Source: an uncultured Clostridia bacterium (GTDB lineage: Bacteria > Bacillota > Clostridia > Oscillospirales > Acutalibacteraceae). From it: a stretch of 64,000 nt of DNA. A model generated the notes under the pieces. That model saw nothing but the letters and a program-made list of their open reading frames with translations. It was not told where the DNA came from and made no database searches. The stretch lies in the NCBI GenBank assembly GCA_937884975.1, contig CAKZZS010000023.1, positions 73,853 to 137,852 of the forward strand, written 5' to 3'. Of this stretch, positions 29,151 through 38,690 are shown piece after piece (the first letter of the stretch is position 1; each line of letters opens with the position of its first letter). A program made the translations under genes and the position numbers.

Positions 29151-30350
29151 ATGGAATTTCTTACAAAGGAATACTCTTTCCCTTCAAAATCGGGACTTTG
29201 TGATATTTTTGCCCAGTCCGTAGCGCCTATGGATTACGGAAAGTTAAAGGGCGTTGTTCAGATAGCTCACGGTATGGCGGAGCACGGCGGACGTTACGGC
29301 GAGCTTGCCGCAAGGCTCTGTAAAGCCGGTTATGCGGTCTTTATAAACGACCATGTCGGTCACGGCAAATCCGTTTCAAATGACGATATGCTCGGCTATT
29401 TCGGAAAGAAAAACGGATATATGAATTTTGTTGACGACTGTAAGCAGCTTACCGATATTGCAAAAAGCGAATACAAGGGACTTCCCTTTATCTTTTTCGG
29501 TCATTCAATGGGCTCGTTTGTTGCAAGGGAGTATACCTCCCATTACGGAAACGAAATTGACGGCGCGGTTTACTGCGGAACGAGCGGACCTAATCCCGGC
29601 GCTTCGGTCGGCGGCTCGCTTGCAAATATGATAGCTAAAAGAAAGGGCGAAATGTACCGCTCGGAATTTATAAACAACATCGCTTTCGGTACTTATAATA
29701 AAAAGACCGAAAAGAAAACCCCGTTTGACTGGCTTACAAAGGATACGGCGGTTGTTGATAAGTATATTGAGGATCCGCACTGCGGCTTTTTGTTCACCGC
29801 TACGGGTTACCGCGATTTGTTTAATCTTCTGCAGTCCGTTTCATCGAAGAAATGGTACACATCCGTTCCTTCCGACCTTCCCATTCTCCTTATGGCAGGC
29901 GAGGATGACCCCGTCGGCGCGTACGGAAAGGGCGTAAAGCAGGTTTTCCGCACCCTTAAGGAAACGAAGCATAAAAACGTCACCCTTAACCTTTATCCCG
30001 GCGACCGCCACGAAATTCACAATGAGCTTGACAAGGAAAAGGTTGTTGACGACCTTATCAAGTGGCTTGACGGCGTAGTAGGCGAGGGTAAAGAGGCTCC
30101 GGTTGAAAAGGCGGTCAATGACGCGGCTGAGGAAATCAACTCAAAGCTCGATGAAGCTGTCCAGAAAACAAAGGAATCCTTTAACGAGGCAATTGAAAAC
30201 ACCTCCGCCGTTGTGGAACAAATCGTTCAGAAAGCGGATGAGCAGGCAAAGGCGGACGCCGAAAGCATTTCTGTTGAGGACAAGCTTATTGAAGAAACTG
30301 CCGAGCCCCAGACGGTTGAAGAAATTGTTGCGGAGGAAAGTGCAGAGTAA
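29151..30350 (+). CDS. alpha/beta hydrolase (lysophospholipase/monoacylglycerol-lipase-like) with a long acidic helical C-terminal tail
   Basis: RBS AAGGAGGA then MEFLTKEY. Nucleophile elbow GHSMGS and an HGMAEHGGRY region. The last ~90 aa are rich in E/A/K/Q. Confidence 0.7.
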   Translation: MEFLTKEYSFPSKSGLCDIFAQSVAPMDYGKLKGVVQIAHGMAEHGGRYGELAARLCKAGYAVFINDHVGHGKSVSNDDMLGYFGKKNGYMNFVDDCKQLTDIAKSEYKGLPFIFFGHSMGSFVAREYTSHYGNEIDGAVYCGTSGPNPGASVGGSLANMIAKRKGEMYRSEFINNIAFGTYNKKTEKKTPFDWLTKDTAVVDKYIEDPHCGFLFTATGYRDLFNLLQSVSSKKWYTSVPSDLPILLMAGEDDPVGAYGKGVKQVFRTLKETKHKNVTLNLYPGDRHEIHNELDKEKVVDDLIKWLDGVVGEGKEAPVEKAVNDAAEEINSKLDEAVQKTKESFNEAIENTSAVVEQIVQKADEQAKADAESISVEDKLIEETAEPQTVEEIVAEESAE

Positions 30351-30351
30351 T

Positions 30352-30606
30352 ATGGCGAGTTATACTTTTACACCTCGCGGCGTTTGCGCAATGAAAATCA
30401 GCTTTGATATTGAGGACGGCGTGCTTCGAAACGTTTCGTTTCTCGGCGGCTGTGACGGAAATCTTAAGGCGATTTCAAAGCTGCTTGAGGGCGAGGACGC
30501 GCAAAAAGCGGTCAATATATTAAAGGGCAACGACTGCCGCGGCAGGGGAACCTCCTGCGCGGACCAGCTTGCAATTGCGGTTGAACAGGCGCTTGAAGAG
30601 GAATAA
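30352..30606 (+). CDS. TSCPD-domain small protein (TIGR03905-like)
   Basis: 84 aa: MASYTFTPRGVCAMKISFDIEDGVLRNVSFLGGCDGNLKAIS...NDCRGRGTSCADQLA. The ATG is 1 nt after the upstream stop. The track ORF 30103.. is an out-of-frame overlap artefact upstream. Confidence 0.65.
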   Translation: MASYTFTPRGVCAMKISFDIEDGVLRNVSFLGGCDGNLKAISKLLEGEDAQKAVNILKGNDCRGRGTSCADQLAIAVEQALEEE

Positions 30607-30611
30607 TTACA

Positions 30612-30645
30612 GAAAAAAGGGAGTCGGTCGACTCCCTTTTTTATA
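30612..30645. terminator. bidirectional rho-independent terminator
   Basis: AAAAAAGGGAGTC-GGTC-GACTCCCTTTTTT. Confidence 0.8.
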
Positions 30646-31276
30646 TATCGCAAAGCCATAAATGAAGCGGCGACATTCTATCGCCGAGAAGAAGAGAAAA
30701 GTCTTCACGGGACGGGGAAGAAACAGGGCAGGCGCACTTTTTTATTTTAAGGCATATTTGCCTTTGTCCGTTTTCGTAAAGGGAAAAAACGTTAAAGCTA
30801 TCTTCTTTAAAACACAGCTTTGCACGGCTTTCGGCTCTTAAAATCAGCGTACAGAAATGCTCGGAGCTTTTGACATAAACCGAAACGGTATTGTCTTTTT
30901 CAAAAAGCTCCCGGATTAAACGGTAAAAGCAGTTTTCGAACGCCCTTAAATTCAGGCTGACAACGGCGTTTTCTTCCTGCGGATAAAGACAAATACGCTT
31001 TCCTGTTTCAAGAAGATAAAAATCAGCCGCAAGGCACAGCTCCTCAAGTAGTGAATTTAACTCAATACTGTTGTAATTAAAGGAGAAAAAATCCTGCTTT
31101 GCCGCTTTCCTTGACCGTATTCTCAACTGCGTTAAAGCCGCTTCCTTTTCTTCGGCGTTAAGTAAGGAGCTTTCAATTAAAAGAAAAAGAAGCTGCGCCT
31201 TTTCCCTTAAAAGCGTTTCGTTATAAGCCGAGGTGTCAAGTTCATTAAAAATATCGGATATATCTTTTGCATTCAT
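30641..31276 (-). CDS. hypothetical protein
   Basis: 211-aa ORF with no recognisable motif. Supported by coding-like composition and isolation between terminators. Confidence 0.45.
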   Translation of the reverse strand: MNAKDISDIFNELDTSAYNETLLREKAQLLFLLIESSLLNAEEKEAALTQLRIRSRKAAKQDFFSFNYNSIELNSLLEELCLAADFYLLETGKRICLYPQEENAVVSLNLRAFENCFYRLIRELFEKDNTVSVYVKSSEHFCTLILRAESRAKLCFKEDSFNVFSLYENGQRQICLKIKKCACPVSSPSREDFSLLLGDRMSPLHLWLCDI

Positions 31277-31448
31277 ATAATAATTATTATGCCCATAAAT
31301 CAGTTTAAATCCACCGCCTTTTTAAGCAGTTTGACAAAAAGTTGTCATTCGTCTTAAAATAACTCAAAAATTACTTGCATAAATTGGCTAAAGGATATAA
31401 AATATATAACGCAAGAAAATTAAAATCTATTTTCGGAGGTAACAAATT

Positions 31449-32486
31449 ATGGCAGTTAAAGTTGCAATTAACGGCTTCGGCCGTATCGGACGTCTTGCTT
31501 TCAGACAGATGTTCGGCGCAGAGGGTTATGAGGTAGTTGCTATCAACGACCTTACAAAGCCTTCAATGCTTGCTCATCTTCTCAAGTATGATACCGCACA
31601 GGGCGGTTATGCAGGCAGAATCGGCGAAGGTCTCCACACTGTAGAGGCTGACGACGAAAACGGCACAATTACAGTTGACGGCAAGACTCTTAAGATTTAC
31701 GCAGAGAAGGACGCAAAGGATCTTCCCTGGGGCGAAATCGGCGTTGACGTAGTTCTTGAGTGCACAGGTTTCTATTGCTCAAAGGAAAAGAGCCAGGCTC
31801 ATATTGACGCAGGCGCAAAGAAGGTAGTTATTTCCGCTCCCGCAGGCAATGACCTTCCCACTATCGTTTATAACGTAAACCATAAGACTCTTACAGCTGA
31901 TGACAACATCATCTCGGCTGCTTCCTGCACAACAAACTGCCTTGCTCCCATGGCTAAGGCTCTTAACGATTACGCTCCCATCCAGAGCGGTATTATGTGC
32001 ACAATTCACGCTTACACAGGCGACCAGATGATTCTTGACGGTCCTCACAGAAAGGGCGACCTCAGAAGGGCTAGAGCAGGCGCTGCTAACATCGTTCCCA
32101 ACTCAACAGGCGCTGCAAAGGCTATCGGTCTTGTAATTCCCGAGCTCAACGGCAAGCTTATCGGAGCTGCCCAGAGAGTTCCCACACCCACAGGCTCAAC
32201 AACAATTCTTACGGCTGTTGTTAAGGGCGCTGACGTTACGGTTGACGGCATTAACGCTGCTATGAAGGCTGCCGCTTCCGAGTCCTTCGGTTACAACACC
32301 GATCCTATCGTTTCTTCCGACATCGTCGGTATGAGATACGGCTCACTCTTTGACGCAACCCAGACAATGGTTTCAAAGGTTGCCGATGACCTTTATGAGG
32401 TTCAGGTAGTTTCTTGGTACGATAACGAGAATTCCTACACCTCACAGATGGTTCGCACAATTAAGTATTTTGCAGAGCTTGCATAA
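31449..32486 (+). CDS. gap: type I glyceraldehyde-3-phosphate dehydrogenase
   Basis: Contains [22 protein letters not shown] and WYDNE. Confidence 0.95.
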   Translation: MAVKVAINGFGRIGRLAFRQMFGAEGYEVVAINDLTKPSMLAHLLKYDTAQGGYAGRIGEGLHTVEADDENGTITVDGKTLKIYAEKDAKDLPWGEIGVDVVLECTGFYCSKEKSQAHIDAGAKKVVISAPAGNDLPTIVYNVNHKTLTADDNIISAASCTTNCLAPMAKALNDYAPIQSGIMCTIHAYTGDQMILDGPHRKGDLRRARAGAANIVPNSTGAAKAIGLVIPELNGKLIGAAQRVPTPTGSTTILTAVVKGADVTVDGINAAMKAAASESFGYNTDPIVSSDIVGMRYGSLFDATQTMVSKVADDLYEVQVVSWYDNENSYTSQMVRTIKYFAELA

Positions 32487-32511
32487 GAAAAAAACGAAAA
32501 ATTTTCTTTAC

Positions 32512-32546
32512 GGAAACAGCCGATTTTTCGGCTGTTTTCTGTTTTT
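32512..32546 (+). terminator. rho-independent terminator after gap
   Basis: AAACAGCCG-ATTTTT-CGGCTGTTT followed by TCTGTTTTT. Confidence 0.75.
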
Positions 32547-32610
32547 CGATAAAGCTTGTTCGACTAACGATAACACGAAAAAATTATCTTAAAAATCTTC
32601 AATTTTTTGC

Positions 32611-32639
32611 TTTACAAACGGCTTTTCGTGTGCTATCAT
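32611..32639 (+). promoter_or_regulatory. candidate sigma-A promoter of the surface-protein/sortase operon
   Basis: TTTACA, 17 nt spacer, TGC-TATCAT (extended -10). Lies about 60 nt upstream of the 32698 start. Confidence 0.4.
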
Positions 32640-32697
32640 TAGGTTACCGTATTTTGCGGATACTAGTATCTAAAAAAGAAACAAGGAGAGATTTCTA

Positions 32698-33279
32698 ATG
32701 AAAAAGATTCTTAGTATAGCACTTGTTGCTGTTCTTCTTCTCGCTTTCGCAGCTCCCGCTTTCGCAGCAGGCATCAATGCAAACGAGCAGAAGCTTCTTG
32801 ACTATGTTGCTACAGCTTATGTTGTAGACGGTCAGACAATCACTGTTACAGATGACATCGCAGCTCAGGCAAAGAACGCTTTCAACAGCGATTCTATCGA
32901 TGTTACAGACGCACAGTACAAAGAGATCACCGCTATCCTTGACAAGGGCCTTGCTTATGCTAAGAGCAAGAACCTCACAAAGATCGCTGATCTTCAGAAG
33001 GACAGAGAAGCTACTGAGACACTTCTTCAGTACGGTCGTGACGCAGCTGCAGTTCTTGGTTGCACAATCGCTACAAAGGGCTACATCACTGACGCTGACC
33101 ACGGTCTTGTAATCATTTACGATGCAAACGGCAATAAGATCGCTGAGTTCCATCCCAACCTTATCGCTAAGACAGGCGCTTCAACAACATCCATCGCTAT
33201 CTGCACTCTTGCTGCAGCAAGCGTACTTGCAGTTGCAGGCGTTAGCGTTAAGAAGTTCCGCAAGGTAGATGAGGACTAA
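32698..33279 (+). CDS. secreted cell-wall-sorted surface protein with non-canonical sorting signal
   Basis: Signal peptide ...AAPAFA/AG. The C-terminus is LIAKTG + hydrophobic stretch STTSIAICTLAAASVLAVAGVSV + KKFRK. Confidence 0.7.
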   Translation: MKKILSIALVAVLLLAFAAPAFAAGINANEQKLLDYVATAYVVDGQTITVTDDIAAQAKNAFNSDSIDVTDAQYKEITAILDKGLAYAKSKNLTKIADLQKDREATETLLQYGRDAAAVLGCTIATKGYITDADHGLVIIYDANGNKIAEFHPNLIAKTGASTTSIAICTLAAASVLAVAGVSVKKFRKVDED

Positions 33280-33964
33280 TTCCGAACTTAATCGGAAAAG
33301 AAAAAACTATCGGGTGAGCTTTTGGGTTCTCCCGATAGCTTTTTTCATAATAGGCTATTTGATAGTTTTCTTTGCCTTGACTCCGATTATTGAACCTGCA
33401 AAATCCATTTACGGACTGGCGTTTAAAAATGTCAATGCCGTAACCACTGACAATTTGCAGGGAAAAGATTTGTTCAGTGGCAAAACCGGTGTGTATGAGG
33501 GTACAATTAAAGCGAGTGAAATTCACTTTCCCTATGTCGGAGACAAGTGGGGAACTCTCACAGTTCCGAGCATCGGTATAAAGGATATGCCGCTCATTTA
33601 CGGTGACAGTATGGAAAATCTGCTTAACGGCGCGTGTATGTCGGAGCGTTCGCGCCTGCCGGGTTACGGCAGCGGCACGCTTGTAGCCGGTCATAACTAC
33701 AATTATTTCCATGAGCTTCAGACAATTGAAGAGGGCGCCGAGGTCAGCGTTGAAACCTATTACGGCTCTTATAAATACAGGGTGTACCGTACCGAAATAA
33801 TTGACGTATACGAATCGACCTCCTATTGGAACGAGGTATACGGCGATAAAGAGGTTCTTGTGCTTTACACCTGCTATCCGAATAATGCTCTCAGGTCGAC
33901 TCACTACCGCTTCTTTGCGTTCTGCGAATTTCTTTCGGGACCGAAGATAGACGAGTATAATTGA
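33269..33964 (+). CDS. sortase family transpeptidase
   Basis: N-terminal TM segment. Catalytic His in TLVAGHNYN, Cys in LVLYTCYP and Arg in THYRFFAF. Overlaps the substrate gene by 11 nt. Confidence 0.75.
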   Translation: MRTNSELNRKRKNYRVSFWVLPIAFFIIGYLIVFFALTPIIEPAKSIYGLAFKNVNAVTTDNLQGKDLFSGKTGVYEGTIKASEIHFPYVGDKWGTLTVPSIGIKDMPLIYGDSMENLLNGACMSERSRLPGYGSGTLVAGHNYNYFHELQTIEEGAEVSVETYYGSYKYRVYRTEIIDVYESTSYWNEVYGDKEVLVLYTCYPNNALRSTHYRFFAFCEFLSGPKIDEYN

Positions 33965-33977
33965 GGAGGGAGAGACT

Positions 33978-34823
33978 ATGAAAAAGACTGAAAAAATCCG
34001 CGGCGTTGTCGCCGTTATACTTTCCTTCCTGCTTTGCATTTGCATATTCGGTTGTTCGGTTCTTCTGGTTTTAAGGGTCACGGCTCTTAATCCCTCGTAT
34101 GCAAAAGGTACGCTTGTAAAAAGCGGTTTCGGTGAAAAAAAGATTTCCGAGCTTAAAACCCAGCTTGTTTCATACGGAAATGCCTGTAATATAGGCGGAG
34201 ATTTCTTTGACGGTTTTTTTGAGAGCGTTTTGACGGTTGATTTTGTCGAAAAGGACGTTTCGGATTACTACACGCTTCTTTATTCCGATAAAAACGCAAA
34301 GCCTGACTCCTCACGTTTTGAGCAGGCGTTAAAGCCGGCGCTCGTTACCTATGCCGAGCAAAACGGATATAATGACGAAAGCCTGGATGAGGATTTGAAC
34401 GTAATAACAGGGGAAATGGGTGAGATTTACTCAAATATCCTTTCTCTTCCTGCAAGCTCAACCGTTTATACGCTTATTGCGAGGCTGACAAGATATGTAA
34501 ACCTTGCGCTTATTGCCGCCGCGGCAGGCGCAGCGGTACTGACGCTGATGATAGTGTTTATGTTCAAACCCAAGGTTCATTCGGTAAGGCATCTCGTTTA
34601 TGCTTTTTCGGGAGCATTTTTAATGCTTCTTGTCTGCCCGTTATATGTCAGGGTTGCAGGCATTATCGGCAAGGTGAATATCGTAAGCGCGGCGTTGTAC
34701 TCATTTGTTGTCACCTTTGGCAACGGCGTGCTCAACGCCTTGCTTATTGCTTCGGGAATTTGTCTTGCTTTTACCGTTATTTTTGCGGTTGTTTACAAAA
34801 AGCTTTCAAAAGCAGAGGAATAA
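33978..34823 (+). CDS. polytopic membrane protein, function unknown (third gene of the sortase operon)
   Basis: 281 aa, with an N-terminal TM segment and a C-terminal cluster of TM segments. Confidence 0.55.
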   Translation: MKKTEKIRGVVAVILSFLLCICIFGCSVLLVLRVTALNPSYAKGTLVKSGFGEKKISELKTQLVSYGNACNIGGDFFDGFFESVLTVDFVEKDVSDYYTLLYSDKNAKPDSSRFEQALKPALVTYAEQNGYNDESLDEDLNVITGEMGEIYSNILSLPASSTVYTLIARLTRYVNLALIAAAAGAAVLTLMIVFMFKPKVHSVRHLVYAFSGAFLMLLVCPLYVRVAGIIGKVNIVSAALYSFVVTFGNGVLNALLIASGICLAFTVIFAVVYKKLSKAEE

Positions 34824-34832
34824 TTAAATAAT

Positions 34833-34880
34833 AAAAAAAATAGCAGTCGGCTGGTAACAACCGACTGCTTTTCTGCTTTT
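34833..34880. terminator. bidirectional terminator between the membrane gene and glgA
   Basis: A8 run, AGCAGTCGG-10 nt loop-CCGACTGCT, then TTTCTGCTTTT. Confidence 0.7.
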
Positions 34881-34886
34881 AAACGC

Positions 34887-36311
34887 TTAATCTTTAAGGA
34901 CGTCTCTGTAAAGGCGGATGTATTCGTTAGCCGATTTACCCCAGCTGTTGTCACATTCCATAGCGCGCTTTACAAGTATTTTCCAGCCCTTCTTATCCTC
35001 GTATCCCTTAAGAGCGCGGCGGATAGTGTAGAGCATTTCGTGGGCGTTGTAGTTTGCAAACGTGAAGCCGTTGCCCTCGCCGCCCTCGCTGTCTGTGATG
35101 GAATCACGGAGACCGCCTGTTTCACGGACAATGGGAATTGAACCGTAGCGCAGGGCTATCATCTGCGAAAGTCCGCACGGCTCACTCTTTGAAGGCATAA
35201 GGAAAATATCACTGCCTGCATAGATTTTACGAGCCAGAGCAGGGTCAAAGCCGAGACGCAGACCCACTTTTCCGGGATATCTTGCGGCAAGTCCCTTGAA
35301 GAATTCCTCATACTCCCAGTCGCCCGAGCCGAGAACGACAAGCTGAACATTGTCATTTGCAATAAGCTCGTCAAGCACAGCCTTACAAAGGTCAAGCCCC
35401 TTATGGGAAACAAGGCGAGTTACCATACCGATAATCGGTGTGTCCTTGTCAACGGTAAGACCGAGGTCTTCCTGAAGTCCCTTTTTATTCTTTGCCTTAT
35501 TAGTCGGCTTTTCTGCGGAGAATTTTGCGTAAATCTTTTCGTCCGTTTCGGGGTTATAGTTGTCAACGTCAATGCCGTTGAGAATACCCGAAAGCTTCCA
35601 CTCGCGCTGCTTGAGAATCGTGTCAAGACCGTGAGAATACCACGGGTCAAGAATTTCCTTTGCATAAGACGGGCTTACGGTGCAAATCCTGTTAGCCGTC
35701 TCAATAGCGCCCTTCATAAAGTTGACGGTCCCGTCATACTCAATTAAGGATGTGTACTGTCCGTCAAGACCTATGACCTCATTGATAAGCTCCATACCGT
35801 AAATTCCCTGATACTGGATATTATGAATCGAGAAAACGGTTTTGATGTTTTCGTAGCCCTCACGCTGAGCGTACATAGTGCTGTAGTAAAGAGGAGTGAG
35901 GGCCGACTGCCAGTCATTACAGTGGATTATATCGGGCTTAAAATCAATGTAGGGTATCATTTCAAGCACAGCGCGTGAGAAGAACGCAAATCTTTCCGCG
36001 TCGTCATAGTAGCCGTAAAGGCCGTCGCGCTTGAAATAATACTGGTTATCGATAAAGTAGTAAATAACGCCGTTGTGCTTTGCTTCGAACACGCCGCAGT
36101 ACTGTCTGCGCCATGCTACGGGAACGGTAAAGGAAGCAATAAAGGTCATAGAGTCCTTTAATTCCTGACTTATGCCGTCATACATAGGCATAACCACACG
36201 GCAGCCGATAAGTCTTTTGCGAAGCGCGGCAGGAAGAGAGCCTGCAACGTCGCCCAGACCGCCTGACGCCATATAGGGGAGAGCCTCGCTTGAAACGTAT
36301 AATACTTTCAT
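34887..36311 (-). CDS. glgA: glycogen synthase (ADP-glucose type)
   Basis: Contains MKVLYVSSEALPYMASGGLGDV and a PSKSEPCGLSQM region. Confidence 0.95.
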   Translation of the reverse strand: MKVLYVSSEALPYMASGGLGDVAGSLPAALRKRLIGCRVVMPMYDGISQELKDSMTFIASFTVPVAWRRQYCGVFEAKHNGVIYYFIDNQYYFKRDGLYGYYDDAERFAFFSRAVLEMIPYIDFKPDIIHCNDWQSALTPLYYSTMYAQREGYENIKTVFSIHNIQYQGIYGMELINEVIGLDGQYTSLIEYDGTVNFMKGAIETANRICTVSPSYAKEILDPWYSHGLDTILKQREWKLSGILNGIDVDNYNPETDEKIYAKFSAEKPTNKAKNKKGLQEDLGLTVDKDTPIIGMVTRLVSHKGLDLCKAVLDELIANDNVQLVVLGSGDWEYEEFFKGLAARYPGKVGLRLGFDPALARKIYAGSDIFLMPSKSEPCGLSQMIALRYGSIPIVRETGGLRDSITDSEGGEGNGFTFANYNAHEMLYTIRRALKGYEDKKGWKILVKRAMECDNSWGKSANEYIRLYRDVLKD

Positions 36312-36323
36312 ATTTGTTTCTCC

Positions 36324-37436
36324 TTAAATAATAATTCCCTTTCCTACATAAACGGGGTAGCTCGCGTCACCCGAAAGATGTTTATGAGGTGTGATGGCGA
36401 CGTTTTTATCAAGGACTACGCAGTTGAGCGATGAACCGTTGCCGATAAAGGAATCCTGCATAACAATTGAATTCTTTATAACAGCGCCCTTTTCAACTCT
36501 TACGCCTCTGAAAAGAATTGAATTTTCAACCTCGCCGTCAATTATACAACCGCTTGAAATGAGCGAGCCCTTGACCGAGGAGCCTAGTCCGTAAATAGCC
36601 GGCATATCGTCTCTTACCTTTGTATAAATCGGTCTTTCGCTGTCGAAAAGCTCGTTGCGGTTTTTGATGTTCAGAAGCTCCATGCTAACGGAATAGTAGC
36701 TGAGCATTGAATCTATCATTCTTACAAAGCCCTTTGCTTCAAAGCCGCAGATTTTAAGTCTTGAAACGTTACCCTTGAGAAGGTCTCTTTCGAGCGAATC
36801 AAAATTCTGGCTGACTGCGTCGTTGAGCAGTCTTTCAAGAAGCTGCTTTGACATATAAATAATGTTTGCGGAATAATTTACCTTTTCATCCTTCGGCGGA
36901 TTAAAGGTGATATCCTTAACTGTGCTGCCGTCCATATCGAATACCATAAGGCTGTCAAGCTCGGGAGCAATTCCGTTTTGATATACAATAGTAATATCGG
37001 CGCCGTTTGCCTTATGGAAATCGGCAATTTCGTCAATATCCATATTCCATATAACGTTACAGTCGGAAAGCAGGACGTATTCCTCATTCGACTGCGAAAT
37101 AAAGGAGCTGATACCCTTTATTGACTGAAGCTTGTTGCCCGAGGTGCTCCTTCCGAAAAGTGAGAAGGGGGGAAGAATATACATACCCTCCGTCTTTCTC
37201 GAAAGGTCCCACGGCTTACCCGTGCCGAGATGGTCCATAAGCGACTGATAGTTGCTCTTTGTGATAACGCCGACCTTTGTTATGCCGGAATTTACCATTG
37301 TCGAAAGGGCAAAGTCGATAAGACGGTATCTGCCTGCAAACGGAACGGAACCCATTGTGCGAAGTCCCGTCATTTCACTTAAAACCTCGTCATAGGCGTT
37401 GGAATAGATAATTCCGAGTGTATCCTTGCCTGCCAT
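36324..37436 (-). CDS. glgD: glucose-1-phosphate adenylyltransferase, GlgD subunit
   Basis: 370 aa. GSVPFAGRYRLIDFALSTMVNSGI lacks the GGxGxRL loop. Positioned between glgC and glgA. Confidence 0.85.
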   Translation of the reverse strand: MAGKDTLGIIYSNAYDEVLSEMTGLRTMGSVPFAGRYRLIDFALSTMVNSGITKVGVITKSNYQSLMDHLGTGKPWDLSRKTEGMYILPPFSLFGRSTSGNKLQSIKGISSFISQSNEEYVLLSDCNVIWNMDIDEIADFHKANGADITIVYQNGIAPELDSLMVFDMDGSTVKDITFNPPKDEKVNYSANIIYMSKQLLERLLNDAVSQNFDSLERDLLKGNVSRLKICGFEAKGFVRMIDSMLSYYSVSMELLNIKNRNELFDSERPIYTKVRDDMPAIYGLGSSVKGSLISSGCIIDGEVENSILFRGVRVEKGAVIKNSIVMQDSFIGNGSSLNCVVLDKNVAITPHKHLSGDASYPVYVGKGIII

Positions 37437-37437
37437 A

Positions 37438-38652
37438 TTATTCCGCCTCCTTTACGTTTTCGCTTATCATTGCTTTGGGCTCAACCGATGCGCCCCTGCC
37501 TACCGTTATTCCTTCGCCGACTACAGCTACGCCCCAGTTTTCAAGGTTATCCATTTCCTCGGGACGTTTGCCGACTACCGCGTTTTCTTCAATAACAGCG
37601 TTTTCGCCTATAATAGCGTACTGAACCGTAGCGCCGGATTTGACGACTGTACCGGGCATTACAATTGAGTCGCGTACAATTGCGCCCTCTTCAACGGTAA
37701 CATTCGCAAAAATTACGGAGAAATCGATTTCGCCGTCGATTACGGAGCCGTCGGAAATCATTGAATTCTGAACCTTTGCTTTAGTTGAAACATAGTGCGG
37801 AGGAGCAACGGGATTACGGGAATAGATTTTCCAGTTCGAGTCGCTTAAGTCAAGGTCAACCTTCGGGTTGAGAAGGTCGAGGTTCGCCTCCCACAGACTG
37901 TCTATGGTTCCGACGTCCTTCCAGTAGCCGTCAAACCTGTATGCGAAAAGTCTTTCGCCGTTTTCGTGCATAGCGGGGATTACGTCATGACCGAAGTCGT
38001 TTGAAGAATTCGGGTTTGCTTCGTCGTCAAGAAGATACTGACGAAGCTTTGACCAGGTGAAGATGTAAACGCCCATTGAAGCCTTGTTGGATTTCGGATT
38101 TTTCGGCTTTTCCTCAAAGGCTGTAATTTTACCGTCGTCATCAACAAACATAAGACCGAAGCGTGACGCCTCTTCCCACGGAACCTCAAGCATTGCTATT
38201 GTGCAAGCCGCGTCCTTTTCCTTATGGAAATCGAGCATTTTTGAATAATCCATCTTATAGATATGGTCGCCCGAAAGGACGGCAACATATTCGGGATTAT
38301 ATCTGTCAATAAAGTTGATGTTCTGATAAATCGCGTTTGCCGTTCCCTTGTACCATTCGCTGCCCTGAATCTGCTGATAGGGTGAGAGAACGTGAACGCC
38401 GCCGTTCTGACGGTCAAGGTCCCAGGGCTGACCGTTACCTATGTAATCGTTTAATTCAAGCGGCTGATACTGGGTGAGTACGCCTACAGTGTAAATACCC
38501 GAATTTACACAGTTTGAAAGCGGAAAGTCGATAATTCTGTACTTACCGCCGTAGGGTACCGCCGGTTTGGCGATTTTTTTTGTGAGAATGCCGAGCCTGC
38601 TGCCCTGACCGCCTGCAAGAAGCATGGCGATACATTCTGTTTTTCGTGCCAT
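37438..38652 (-). CDS. glgC: glucose-1-phosphate adenylyltransferase
   Basis: Contains [42 protein letters not shown]. Confidence 0.95.
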   Translation of the reverse strand: MARKTECIAMLLAGGQGSRLGILTKKIAKPAVPYGGKYRIIDFPLSNCVNSGIYTVGVLTQYQPLELNDYIGNGQPWDLDRQNGGVHVLSPYQQIQGSEWYKGTANAIYQNINFIDRYNPEYVAVLSGDHIYKMDYSKMLDFHKEKDAACTIAMLEVPWEEASRFGLMFVDDDGKITAFEEKPKNPKSNKASMGVYIFTWSKLRQYLLDDEANPNSSNDFGHDVIPAMHENGERLFAYRFDGYWKDVGTIDSLWEANLDLLNPKVDLDLSDSNWKIYSRNPVAPPHYVSTKAKVQNSMISDGSVIDGEIDFSVIFANVTVEEGAIVRDSIVMPGTVVKSGATVQYAIIGENAVIEENAVVGKRPEEMDNLENWGVAVVGEGITVGRGASVEPKAMISENVKEAE

Positions 38653-38690
38653 AGAATTCCTCCTATATAATGGTTTGATTATTTATTATT

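Noticed and set aside
30103-30351. Upstream part of track ORF 30103-30606 (K/R-rich)
   Set aside because: It is out-of-frame overlap with the acidic tail of the hydrolase gene. The real small gene starts at the ATG at 30352, right after the hydrolase stop.
33248-34081. 277-aa minus-strand ORF antisense to the sortase gene
   Set aside because: The plus strand encodes a coherent sortase (His, Cys and Arg motifs) that is translationally coupled to its substrate. The antisense ORF has no recognisable features.
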